Shown: in pieces, positions 50,340-58,146 of the stretch | How positions within the stretch are numbered: position 1 is the first letter of the stretch | Layout of the letters: the number at the start of each line of letters is the position of its first letter | Origin: Phycisphaerales bacterium | Lineage (GTDB): Bacteria; Planctomycetota; Phycisphaerae; WQYP01 | Direction: 5' to 3' | Assembly: GCA_027451365.1 (NCBI GenBank) | Contig: DAIDJN010000041.1 | Coordinates: 89,679-153,678, forward strand | Length of the DNA stretch: 64,000 bases | Made by a program: the position numbers and the translations under genes | Notes under the pieces: generated by a model | Databases searched by the model: none | What the model saw: the letters and a program-made list of their open reading frames with translations, nothing else | Told to the model about the DNA's origin: nothing

Positions 50340-51490
50340 GTCCTTAAACTGATGTGCGTAAGCTGACGTGCATAAACTGGGGGTCGGGCGTCTCGCCCGA
50401 TATCGCAATTGAATAAGGAGACCTTAATTTGAGGTCCTTAAACTGATATGTTTAAACTGATATGTTTAAACTGATGTGTTGAAGCTGATGTGCTTAAGCT
50501 GGGGGTCGGGCGTCTCGCCCGACATGTCATCCCCACCGGCGGCCAGGATGGCCGCCCCCCACGAAGACTGTTTACAATCCGCAAGCAAATGGCGACAAGG
50601 CGCGCCACCAGATCGCCCTCACCCACGCCAAGATTTACCTCTCGCCCGATATCGCAATTGAATAATGAGACGTTAATTTGAGGACCTTAAACTGATGTGC
50701 CTAAGCGGATGTGTTTAAGCTGATGTTCTTAAGCTGATGTGTTTAAGCGGATGTGTTTAAATTGGGGGTCGTGCGTCTCGCCCGACACGTCATCCTCACC
50801 GGCGGCCAGGATGGCCGCCCCCCACGAAGACTGTTTACAATCCGCAAGCAAATGGCGACAAGTCGCGCCACCAGATCGCCCTCACCCACGCCAAGATGAA
50901 GTCTCGCCCGATATCGCAATTGAATAAGGAGACGTTAATTTGAGGTCCTTAAACTGATATGTCTAAACTGATGTGCGTAAACTGATATGCTTAAACTGAT
51001 GTGTTTAATCTGGGGGTCGGGCGTCTCGCCCGACACGTCATCCCCACCGGCGGCCAGGATGGCCGCCCCCCAGGAAGACTGTTTACAATCCGCAAGCAAA
51101 TGGCGACAAGTCGCGCCACCAGATCGACCTCACCCACGCCAAGATGTACATCTCGTCCGATATCGCAATTGAATAATGAGACGTTAATTTGAGGTCCTTA
51201 AACTGATGTGCCTAAGCGGATGTGTTTAAGCTGATGTTCTTAAGCTGATGTGTTTAAGCTGATGTGCTTAAGCTGGGGGTCGGGCGTCTCGCCCGACATG
51301 TCATCCCCACCGGCGGCCAGGATGGCCGCCCCCCAGGAAGACTGTTTACAATCCGCAAGCAAATGGCGACAAGTCGCGCCACCAGATCGCCCTCACCCAC
51401 GCCAAGATGGACACCTCGCCCGACATGTCATCCCCACCGGCGGCCAGGATGGCCGCCCCCCACGAAGACTGTTTACAATCCGCAAGCAAA
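50340..51490. repeat. Modular nested tandem-repeat array (about 4.5 units of roughly 250 bp). Each unit has four modules: M3 (37 bp, 'tatcgcaattgaataaggagacgttaatttgaggtcc'); M4 (4-5 tandem 14-bp direct repeats 'TTAARCTGATGTGY'); M1 (palindromic hairpin 'gggggTCGGGCGtctCGCCCGA'); M2 (about 127 bp, containing the hairpin 'GGCGGCCaggatGGCCGCC' and ending with a second 'tctcgcccga').
   Basis: Direct inspection. Units at about 50401-50649, 50650-50912, 50913-51160, 51161-51423, plus an extra M2 copy to 51490. Copies are more than 95% identical. The first unit (50380-50401) lacks M2 ('empty site'). No ORF is conserved across units in a fixed frame, because the 14-bp period shifts frame. Confidence 0.9.
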
Positions 51491-51606
51491 GCGCGATAAA
51501 AAGCGTCATCGCGTCGCAAGTCGCCACTTTGACCCGGCCATTATGGCCCGGCCGTCAGGCGCGGCCCGCCGCTTAACAAAAAACGCCGCTTTGGCCCAAA
51601 AAATAT

Positions 51607-51623
51607 GTGGCACATGAATTGCT
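51607..51623 (+). promoter_or_regulatory. Sigma-54 (-24/-12) promoter: TGGCAC-N5-TTGCT
   Basis: 'gTGGCACatgaaTTGCTt' has the GG and GC dinucleotides separated by exactly 10 nt, as in the RpoN consensus (TGGCACG-N4-TTGCW). It is 64 bp upstream of the DUF3309 start. Confidence 0.6.
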
Positions 51624-51686
51624 TAATATACTGGCGTGGTTTTAAATTGACCACGGGTGGGGAACAAAACTGAAAGGCGTGTACTC

Positions 51687-51851
51687 ATGGGTTTGATTTT
51701 GCTTGTTGTATTGGTCCTGATCATGCTTAGTGTGCTTCCCACGTGGGGTTACAGTCGTCAATGGGGTTATGGCCCGACTGGTGGTCTGGGTGTCATTCTT
51801 CTAATCGTCATTGTGCTGGTATTAATGGGTGTTATTCCCGGTAGATTTTAA
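51687..51851 (+). CDS. DUF3309-family small membrane protein (about 54 aa)
   Basis: 'MGLILLVVLVLIMLSVLPTWGYSRQWGYGPTGGLGVILLIVIVLVLMGVI' has two TM helices and the conserved 'PTWPYSR.WGY.P.GGLG' core of DUF3309. The ORF-track start at 51657 is probably too long. Confidence 0.6.
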   Translation: MGLILLVVLVLIMLSVLPTWGYSRQWGYGPTGGLGVILLIVIVLVLMGVIPGRF

Positions 51852-52124
51852 ATATCATCGCGCGTCGCCTTCAAGAAATAGCCGTATTTAGTGTCGGAAC
51901 GCATTAAAAAGCGCGGAGTGTGGAACAAAATATTCCCGAGGTTTCTCTCATGCGGGCGGGCGGTGCACCCCGCGCACATGGGCTGGATGTCGGCGAATTT
52001 CCCGGAAAATTGCCCGGTTTCAATTGGTCTGTCCAATAACGGGCGAATTTTCCAAAGTGGTTTGATGTGCGTGGCCTTCAGATTAATCTGACCTGCCGCG
52101 ATATCAAATAGTATTTAAGGAGAC

Positions 52125-52919
52125 ATGAAAATGTTTCGTAAAAACATCACAACGTGGTTGTCCGCCGGAGCTGTCGCTTCGCTGGCCTTATCCGGCGCCG
52201 TTTCCGCGGTGCAGGCTCAGCCGGTTATTGAGTACAGCCTGAACAATGGCGCCACCTTCACCAGTCTGGCTAATCCCAGCGCCATCAACACCATCGTGGA
52301 TGGTTCGATCGGCGCATTTACCGTCACCAGTCTTTCGGCCCTGGCGGTGAACAACAGCAGTCTTGCTAATTTGAATCTCGGAATGGCCAGCATCAGTTTT
52401 GCCGCCACTCCTGGTTCAACCGTCAGCAATGTCAATATTCTGTTCCAGGCCAGCGCTACCGGATTCACTTATGATCCCGTCGGCGTGAATTTCCTGGAAT
52501 CAGCGGGTTCGGCCACCCTGCTTCATGTGGCGTCATCCACTGGCGATTCCCTTTCACTTAAGGGTGGGTCGGACACGGGTAATAATCTCTTTACCTTCAC
52601 CACCACATCCAACCCGGTCGGGAGTCCGTTTGTATTCGCTGGTTCCACCTCTTCAGGAACCGAAAGTTCCAGTTTTGGAATTGACCCTGTGCCGAATCCA
52701 AGCATTAATTCCACGGGCTATTCGCTGACCACCACATTGGATTTTACCAGCTTTTACGTGGGTGATATTTATAACAATCCGTCATCCACAGTCACCGTCT
52801 CCAATACCGAGCCGCTTTCGGCAGGCGCCGCGCCACTGCCCGCGACCGGTCTTCTGACCCTGGTGGGGGGAATCGCCATGATTGGCGGAGTGGCGATCCG
52901 TCGCCGCCTGAAGGTCTAA
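52125..52919 (+). CDS. Secreted Ser/Thr/Asn-rich protein with PEP-CTERM-like tail (variant PLPAT)
   Basis: GGAG RBS. Signal peptide 'AVASLALSGAVSAVQA'. C-terminus 'AAPLPATGLLTLVGGIAMIGGVAIRRRLKV'. Confidence 0.6.
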   Translation: MKMFRKNITTWLSAGAVASLALSGAVSAVQAQPVIEYSLNNGATFTSLANPSAINTIVDGSIGAFTVTSLSALAVNNSSLANLNLGMASISFAATPGSTVSNVNILFQASATGFTYDPVGVNFLESAGSATLLHVASSTGDSLSLKGGSDTGNNLFTFTTTSNPVGSPFVFAGSTSSGTESSSFGIDPVPNPSINSTGYSLTTTLDFTSFYVGDIYNNPSSTVTVSNTEPLSAGAAPLPATGLLTLVGGIAMIGGVAIRRRLKV

Positions 52920-52956
52920 GCCTCTTAGGCCCTGTTAAACAAACTGTCTCTTCCCC

Positions 52957-52996
52957 AAGGCGGGGTGGCCACTGTGGGGCTCCCCGCCTTTTTTTC
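52957..52996 (+). terminator. Rho-independent terminator
   Basis: Stem AAGGCGGGG...CCCCGCCTT followed by TTTTTTT. Confidence 0.6.
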
Positions 52997-53165
52997 GCGC
53001 CGATAAAGCACTGCGCACTCTTGGTTCAGGAATCCCGGCTGAACGTCCGCAAAAATTGCGCCCCGCCAATAGCCGCCCGCAAACCGCCAACCCCATTCCA
53101 GGCTCAATTATGCAGACTGGCGTAAATTAAGGGTGGCCCGCGCGAAAAACGGCTCATGCGCAAAC

Positions 53166-53282
53166 CGGGTGTCGGGCGTCTGGCCCGACGAATTGTTCCC
53201 ACCGGCGGCCAGGATGGCCGCTCCCGTCAAGACTGTTTACAACCCGCAAGCAAATAATGACAAGACGCGCCACCAGCTCAAC
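53166..53282. repeat. Diverged solo copy (about 80% identity) of the M1 hairpin plus M2 module from the 50.3-51.5 kb array
   Basis: 'ggtgTCGGGCGtctGGCCCGAcgaattgttcccaccGGCGGCCaggatGGCCGCtcccgtcaagactgtttacaacccgcaagcaaataatgacaagacgcgccaccagctca' aligns collinearly with the M1-M2 consensus. Confidence 0.7.
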
Positions 53283-53468
53283 AGCGTTCACACATTAACC
53301 TACGCCTTCCCCGACGGTTGCAATTCAATTGGCCAGGCATCAACTCCGGCGGCTACGAATGGCCGCCCGTCAAGAATATTTGCCGTCAGCAAGTGGTTTG
53401 TGATATGACACGTCTGGTGATCAAACCCAGTGCGCTTTGCCATGAAATTGTTCAGTCAATAAGTCCGG

Positions 53469-54980
53469 TTATGCGGGGGAATGCGGCGTTCGGGAATCTG
53501 CGGCGGTGGCACGGTTTATATCCGTGCGAAGCAGCACCAACGAAGGTGTTTCCTGGCGTCCCAGCTTGCGCTGCAACGTTCGCACGCTGATGCCAATTGC
53601 GTGGGCCGCGCGCGTTTTATTATTGTGGTGCCGCTGCATGGCCGCTTGTATGGCCAATTGTTCAAGTTGCGCCAGTGTCAGAAGTGGCTCATCTTCGTTC
53701 GTGGAAATATAACTGGAAATTATCGTCGGCGGGACAACCGGTGCAAGGCCCCGCTGTGTCGGGGCTATCGCCAGCGCCCCGGATGCGTCTTGTATGGCCG
53801 GCGGCAGGTCCTTCAGACTGATGACCGTATTGTCGCGGTCTGACAGCACCATTGCGCGCTCTATCACGTTCAGCAGTTCTCTTACGTTTCCGGGCCAGTG
53901 ATAGCGTTGCAGGGCCTCCATCGCCGGGATGGAGATGGAATCAATCGGTGTGGCGATATTCCGCAGATTCACATGCTCAATAAAATAGCGCACCAGCAGT
54001 GGTATATCATCAAGGCGAGCCCGCAGGGGCGGTACACGGATGGTGATGATGTTCAGGCGATAATATAAATCTTCACGAAATAAGCCTTCCCGTACCATAT
54101 TTGGCAAATCTCGGCTCGTGGCCGCAATCACGCGCGTATTTACCTTGATCTCGCGATGGCCGCCCAGCGGGGTGACAATTCTATTTTCCAGAATTCGCAG
54201 AAGCTTCGCCTGAAGAGACAATGCGCAATCGCCAATCTCATCAATAAAAAGTGTGCCGCCGCTGGCCGCCTCAAACCGCCCGATTCGCGAACCGACCGAT
54301 CCGGAAAAGGCCCCCTTGTCGTATCCGAATAATTCACTTTCCACCAGCGTTTCCGGCATGGCCGCACAGTTTAAAGCAATAAACGGTCCCGTTTTTCTCT
54401 GCGAATTCCGGTGAATGGCCTGCGCCACCAGGTCCTTACCTGTGCCCGATTCGCCAAGAATAAGGACTGTGCTGAACGCCCGTGAAGACCGGGCAATCAA
54501 ATCAAAAACATCCCGCATGAGCTGGGATTGACCAATGATATGGTCATTGACACCATCGCCAATTTCCGGCGTGGGGGGCTTCTGTTCGTTCTGGCACGCA
54601 TGAATCAGGTCCATCAGGCGGGACAGCATCAGCTTTGCATCGGTTACATTTTGCAGATCATCAAATGTGCCCGTGTTAATGGTTTCAATCAGGGATTTCA
54701 CGGATTCGGTTTCATGAATAACCGGCAAAGGTGTGTTCGGAAAATAATTTCGCCAGTGCTTAATCAGGTCCAGACGCGATATGTCTCCGGATATAACCCC
54801 AGCCACAACGCAATCAATGCCCTCGCCCACAAAACTCAGCGCCTTTTCCGCGGAATCCGTGGTTTTGACAACATAACCCGCGTTGGTCAGCAACTGTTCC
54901 AGCGCGGCACGCTGGCTCGGATTGTCTTCAATCACCAGTATTTCATATTGATCAGTTTGATCACTTTTTTGAGAAGTCAT
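53469..54980 (-). CDS. Sigma-54-dependent transcriptional activator (NtrC-family bEBP): receiver-like domain, AAA+ domain, Fis-type HTH
   Basis: Walker A 'GESGTGKDLVAQAIH'. GAFTGA-equivalent 'YDKGAFSGS'. 'ESELFGY'. C-terminal 'RAAHAIGISVRTLQRKL' HTH. The N-terminal receiver-like domain appears to lack the canonical phospho-acceptor Asp. Confidence 0.85.
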   Translation of the reverse strand: MTSQKSDQTDQYEILVIEDNPSQRAALEQLLTNAGYVVKTTDSAEKALSFVGEGIDCVVAGVISGDISRLDLIKHWRNYFPNTPLPVIHETESVKSLIETINTGTFDDLQNVTDAKLMLSRLMDLIHACQNEQKPPTPEIGDGVNDHIIGQSQLMRDVFDLIARSSRAFSTVLILGESGTGKDLVAQAIHRNSQRKTGPFIALNCAAMPETLVESELFGYDKGAFSGSVGSRIGRFEAASGGTLFIDEIGDCALSLQAKLLRILENRIVTPLGGHREIKVNTRVIAATSRDLPNMVREGLFREDLYYRLNIITIRVPPLRARLDDIPLLVRYFIEHVNLRNIATPIDSISIPAMEALQRYHWPGNVRELLNVIERAMVLSDRDNTVISLKDLPPAIQDASGALAIAPTQRGLAPVVPPTIISSYISTNEDEPLLTLAQLEQLAIQAAMQRHHNNKTRAAHAIGISVRTLQRKLGRQETPSLVLLRTDINRATAADSRTPHSPA

Positions 54981-55506
54981 TCCAATGGCTCCAAATCCGG
55001 ACGCCAGCGCCCACTTATTTCCTGGGAGTCGGCCAACTGTGCCCCCCCATCGCAGAATTTGCCACCTGCCAGCCTGTTCTTAACCACAACTAAGGATAGC
55101 GGTATGCGCCTGGTAAAGCAAACCAAAATCGGGCCAGTCCCATGCCGCTGCCGCGCGACCGCGGCCGCCAATGCGCATGACCTTGCGAGCCAAGCCAATC
55201 CCGTCCGCTCTGTCGTGCCCGATTCCCCTTCGTTGCTGACCGGGTCTGGTAAAGAAATTGTCGCCGTCCTGGCCGCCGGGCAGAAGGCACGCGCATATGC
55301 AACTCACGCCGATGCGCTGGGCATGTTATTTGGCGAGGGGGCTTGAATCCGGCCTGGGGGAGGGTGGAGCGGAATCTGTGGTGCAGGATTGACAGGATTG
55401 CCACGATAGCGTGAAGGCGGCCCATGTCCGACGGAAAAGGAATGCCCATGTTTAGGAACGCTTCAGCAAATGCGACCCCTGTTTTCGGCCCCTGGCCCGA
55501 CCACCT

Positions 55507-56118
55507 TTAAATGCCTATGCCGACGACCACCATCGGTACCGCCGGACTGCTTCTCCCCTGACGAATAAGATCGTAAAGGCCGCCTTCGTAATATCCGACG
55601 CCCGAGGACATCTGTGATTGAAAGTGTTTTATTGGAAGTATTTCGATGCCTACATCAATGACGTCGCCCACGAAAAAAGCCATATGCTTTACAAACATGT
55701 CGTAAGCCACAAAAGAATATTTGCCAAATTGTATTTCCAGGGCGATGCGATCCTTCACGAAATCGGTCTGATTGTAGGATTTAATAGGTGTTTTGCTGGC
55801 CTTCTCGATCTCGTGTTTTTGCTGATCCGGCTGTAAAGTCAACGTCCGGCGAATAAGCTGATGATCAGATGTGACCCAATAATAAGTGCGGGATTCCTTC
55901 CAGCCAAGCGGGCCGAGTGCTCTTGTAAAAGCGCTGTTCATGGCGACGGGGCTGTAAAGCGTTCGCCCTCTCATGGTTTTCTCACGGGAGATTTTCGTAC
56001 GGCATTTCTCGGCGTCAATACCTTCGATGACCTCTTCAACTTCTTTCCACAATTCCGGTTTGTGAACCAAGATATGTTCATGACCGTTAAGATGCGAATA
56101 AAGCGCGTGAATCTTCAC
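55507..56118 (-). CDS. Type II restriction endonuclease, BglII/BstYI-like
   Basis: 'HILVHKPELWKEVEEVI' and 'FVKDRIALEIQFGKYSF' parallel BglII ('EILNPQLWKEILETL', 'DFGKRDTLVEVQFSNYPF'). Overlaps the methyltransferase stop by 4 nt. Local GC is lower than in flanking DNA. Confidence 0.55.
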   Translation of the reverse strand: MKIHALYSHLNGHEHILVHKPELWKEVEEVIEGIDAEKCRTKISREKTMRGRTLYSPVAMNSAFTRALGPLGWKESRTYYWVTSDHQLIRRTLTLQPDQQKHEIEKASKTPIKSYNQTDFVKDRIALEIQFGKYSFVAYDMFVKHMAFFVGDVIDVGIEILPIKHFQSQMSSGVGYYEGGLYDLIRQGRSSPAVPMVVVGIGI

Positions 56119-57098
56119 GATTGGCCCCCGCTGGGCAAGGTGGGGTCGTAAATCGGCCTGTCCATCGGACGAGTTTTAAGCAGACCGGCACGCAGAGACT
56201 CAACGCGGTTCTGGGCAATTTGAACATAACGCGGATCAATATCGCACCCCACGCCATCGCGGCCGTTTTTAATTGCCGCTATTACGCTGGTTCCCGCGCC
56301 CATATAAGGGTCGAAGACCGTTTGGCCCGCCCTGGTCATGGAAAGCACCAATCGTTCCACCAGTTCAACCGGAAATTGGCACGGGTGTGCGGTTTTTTCC
56401 ACATGGTTTGCCTTTACATTTGGTATCAACCACACATCTCCCGGATTTTTACCCAACGGATTGCAGGAGAACTGCCCGGCCCGCGGACCTTTGAAATATT
56501 TCTTTCCCGGATATTTCGACGGTACCCGAATCGGATCCAGATCGAATACATAATCATCCGATTTGGTGAACCACAGGATCACTTCGTAGCGTCCGGAAAA
56601 TCGCTTGGTGCAATGCAATCCGTGCGCAAAATGCCAGACAATGCGATTTCGCAGCATCAGGCCATGTTTTTTGAAAATTGGGTATAGCACAACGTCCAGC
56701 GGAACAACTTCGCGTTCCAGACTGATGTGATTGCCGACCTGCCAGCAAATTGAGCCATTCGGACGCAGGAGGCGAACGCATTCCGCGATAACTTGTTCCT
56801 GCGATTGAATATAGCCGCCCAGACTGTTGCGCCGCTCATATTCTTTGCCAATATTATACGGTGGTGAGGTAATGATTAACTGTGCCAGGGCATCGGGCAG
56901 AGTCGCCATAAATTTAAGGTTATCCTGACAGGCGATGGTTGCGTCGCCTAATTTCAGGGAATCGGCGGAGGGGTTATGGTCGTACGAAGAGAAGAGTGTA
57001 GGCGTCATAATACGAACCGCTCCATTGTATGACTTGATTGAAATATACCATAGAGGACCAATTTTCGCACCAGTCGCTGATTTTCCGCGGACCGGCAA
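56115..57098 (-). CDS. DNA methyltransferase (beta-class N4-cytosine/N6-adenine, 'SPPY' type); cognate of the BglII-like REase
   Basis: Catalytic motif IV 'ITSPPYNIG'. AdoMet motif I 'VFDPYMGAGTSVIAA'. ParB-less small MTase architecture typical of Type II systems. Confidence 0.8.
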   Translation of the reverse strand: MPVRGKSATGAKIGPLWYISIKSYNGAVRIMTPTLFSSYDHNPSADSLKLGDATIACQDNLKFMATLPDALAQLIITSPPYNIGKEYERRNSLGGYIQSQEQVIAECVRLLRPNGSICWQVGNHISLEREVVPLDVVLYPIFKKHGLMLRNRIVWHFAHGLHCTKRFSGRYEVILWFTKSDDYVFDLDPIRVPSKYPGKKYFKGPRAGQFSCNPLGKNPGDVWLIPNVKANHVEKTAHPCQFPVELVERLVLSMTRAGQTVFDPYMGAGTSVIAAIKNGRDGVGCDIDPRYVQIAQNRVESLRAGLLKTRPMDRPIYDPTLPSGGQS

Positions 57099-57281
57099 GA
57101 AATTATATGCAAACGTCAGGCGACGCGCTGCGAAAAGAGAAGCAATGCCCGATACATCAAAGGGCAGGCTGATTTATAAGTCCGCCGCCAGTGGCCGCTC
57201 CAGAAATTGCACAAGCCGGGTCGTATGGCAAATAAGAGGCTGCCGCGCAAAACGGCTGATCAAATCGCCGCAGGCGTCAAA

Positions 57282-57974
57282 TTATTTTTTTCCTATTCCG
57301 TCCACTAGCGTTTGCACGATGTCGCGGGCAATTTCCAGTGGATCGCGCTCCCCGGCGCAGGGCCGGCCGTGCGAAAAGTTCAGCACCTTGTTGGCATAAC
57401 CATTCACCAGGCACCACCAGGCCAGCACCAGCATATCGGAGTCTCCCGCACGGATTTCGCCGGCCTTCTGGCCCTGCCGGACGGTTTCCAGAAGCAGCAT
57501 ACGGCCATTGGCGGATGCCGCCTCCACCGGGGACGTCGGCGTTCCGCCACAGCAGCCATCGCGGGATTTCCGCAATTCCGGCCGGTGCATCAGACGGAAT
57601 TCCGCCGGGTGTTCAATCGCAAAGCGAACAAATTCCACCCCCATGGCAATTAATTTATCCAGAGAATTGCCGCGCGTTTTATGCTGCTGAAGGCGCATTG
57701 CGTCTATCATCGCGGTGATGCAGGAAACAGTGGCGGCTTCCAGAATCGCGCCTTTGTCGCGGAAATGGTGGTATGGCGCGTTGTGGCTTACTCCCGCCTG
57801 CTGGGCCACACGGCGAATGGTCAGGCCATCCGGACCGCGTTTGTCCACGATTTTAATCGCGGCTGAAACCAGCTCGGCGCGCAGGTTTCCATGGTGATAG
57901 CCGCGGGCAATTTCCGGCGATTTGCGGGCCTTGGATCGCCGGGAGTGCTTAGGCATAACTGTTAATCTTGACAT
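57282..57974 (-). CDS. TetR/AcrR-family transcriptional repressor
   Basis: N-terminal HTH 'GLTIRRVAQQAGVSHNAPYHHFRDKGAIL'. Divergent from the RND efflux operon. Confidence 0.8.
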   Translation of the reverse strand: MSRLTVMPKHSRRSKARKSPEIARGYHHGNLRAELVSAAIKIVDKRGPDGLTIRRVAQQAGVSHNAPYHHFRDKGAILEAATVSCITAMIDAMRLQQHKTRGNSLDKLIAMGVEFVRFAIEHPAEFRLMHRPELRKSRDGCCGGTPTSPVEAASANGRMLLLETVRQGQKAGEIRAGDSDMLVLAWWCLVNGYANKVLNFSHGRPCAGERDPLEIARDIVQTLVDGIGKK

Positions 57975-57994
57975 AGTCTAAATTGTAGCCTATC

Positions 57995-58007
57995 TTGACA
58001 GTGTCAA
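57995..58007. promoter_or_regulatory. Operator candidate: palindrome TTGACA-G-TGTCAA overlapping a -35-like hexamer
   Basis: Perfect 6-1-6 inverted repeat. The preceding direct repeat 'ATCTTGACA' occurs twice (57965-57973 and 57992-58000). Lies in the TetR / efflux divergent region. Confidence 0.45.
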
Positions 58008-58146
58008 CAAGGATGGTCGTCGCGGAAAGCCGTGAAATGTGTTTGCCGGCTGCGTCGATCAATCCGGTTACGGCGATGCCCAACCGGATTGCCTGGCGGG
58101 GTGTTGAACCCGACCCCGACATGTTGTCCCCGAGATCAGGACAGTT

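Noticed and set aside
50340-51490. CRISPR array
   Set aside because: Repeats are 14 bp and directly abutting (no unique spacers of 25-40 bp), the larger units are near-identical rather than having variable spacers, and no cas genes are present.
50438-51617. Four to five similar 60-117-aa ORFs in the six-frame track (MLKLMCLSWGSGVSPD..., MLKLGVGRLARHVIPTGG...) running through the repeat array
   Set aside because: They arise because every 14-bp iteron contains an ATG and the repeat units are near-identical. The 14-bp period shifts frame, different units use different frames, RBS-like 'AAGGAG' in the linker is too far from any ATG and mutates to AATGAG in half the copies, and the composition is Arg/Pro-rich and low-complexity. 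Treated as non-coding.
51997-52046. Imperfect 12-bp inverted repeat (GAAAATTGCCCG ... CGGGCGAATTTTC) downstream of the DUF3309 gene as a terminator
   Set aside because: One arm has an extra base, the loop is 24 nt and there is no U-tract. Insufficient.
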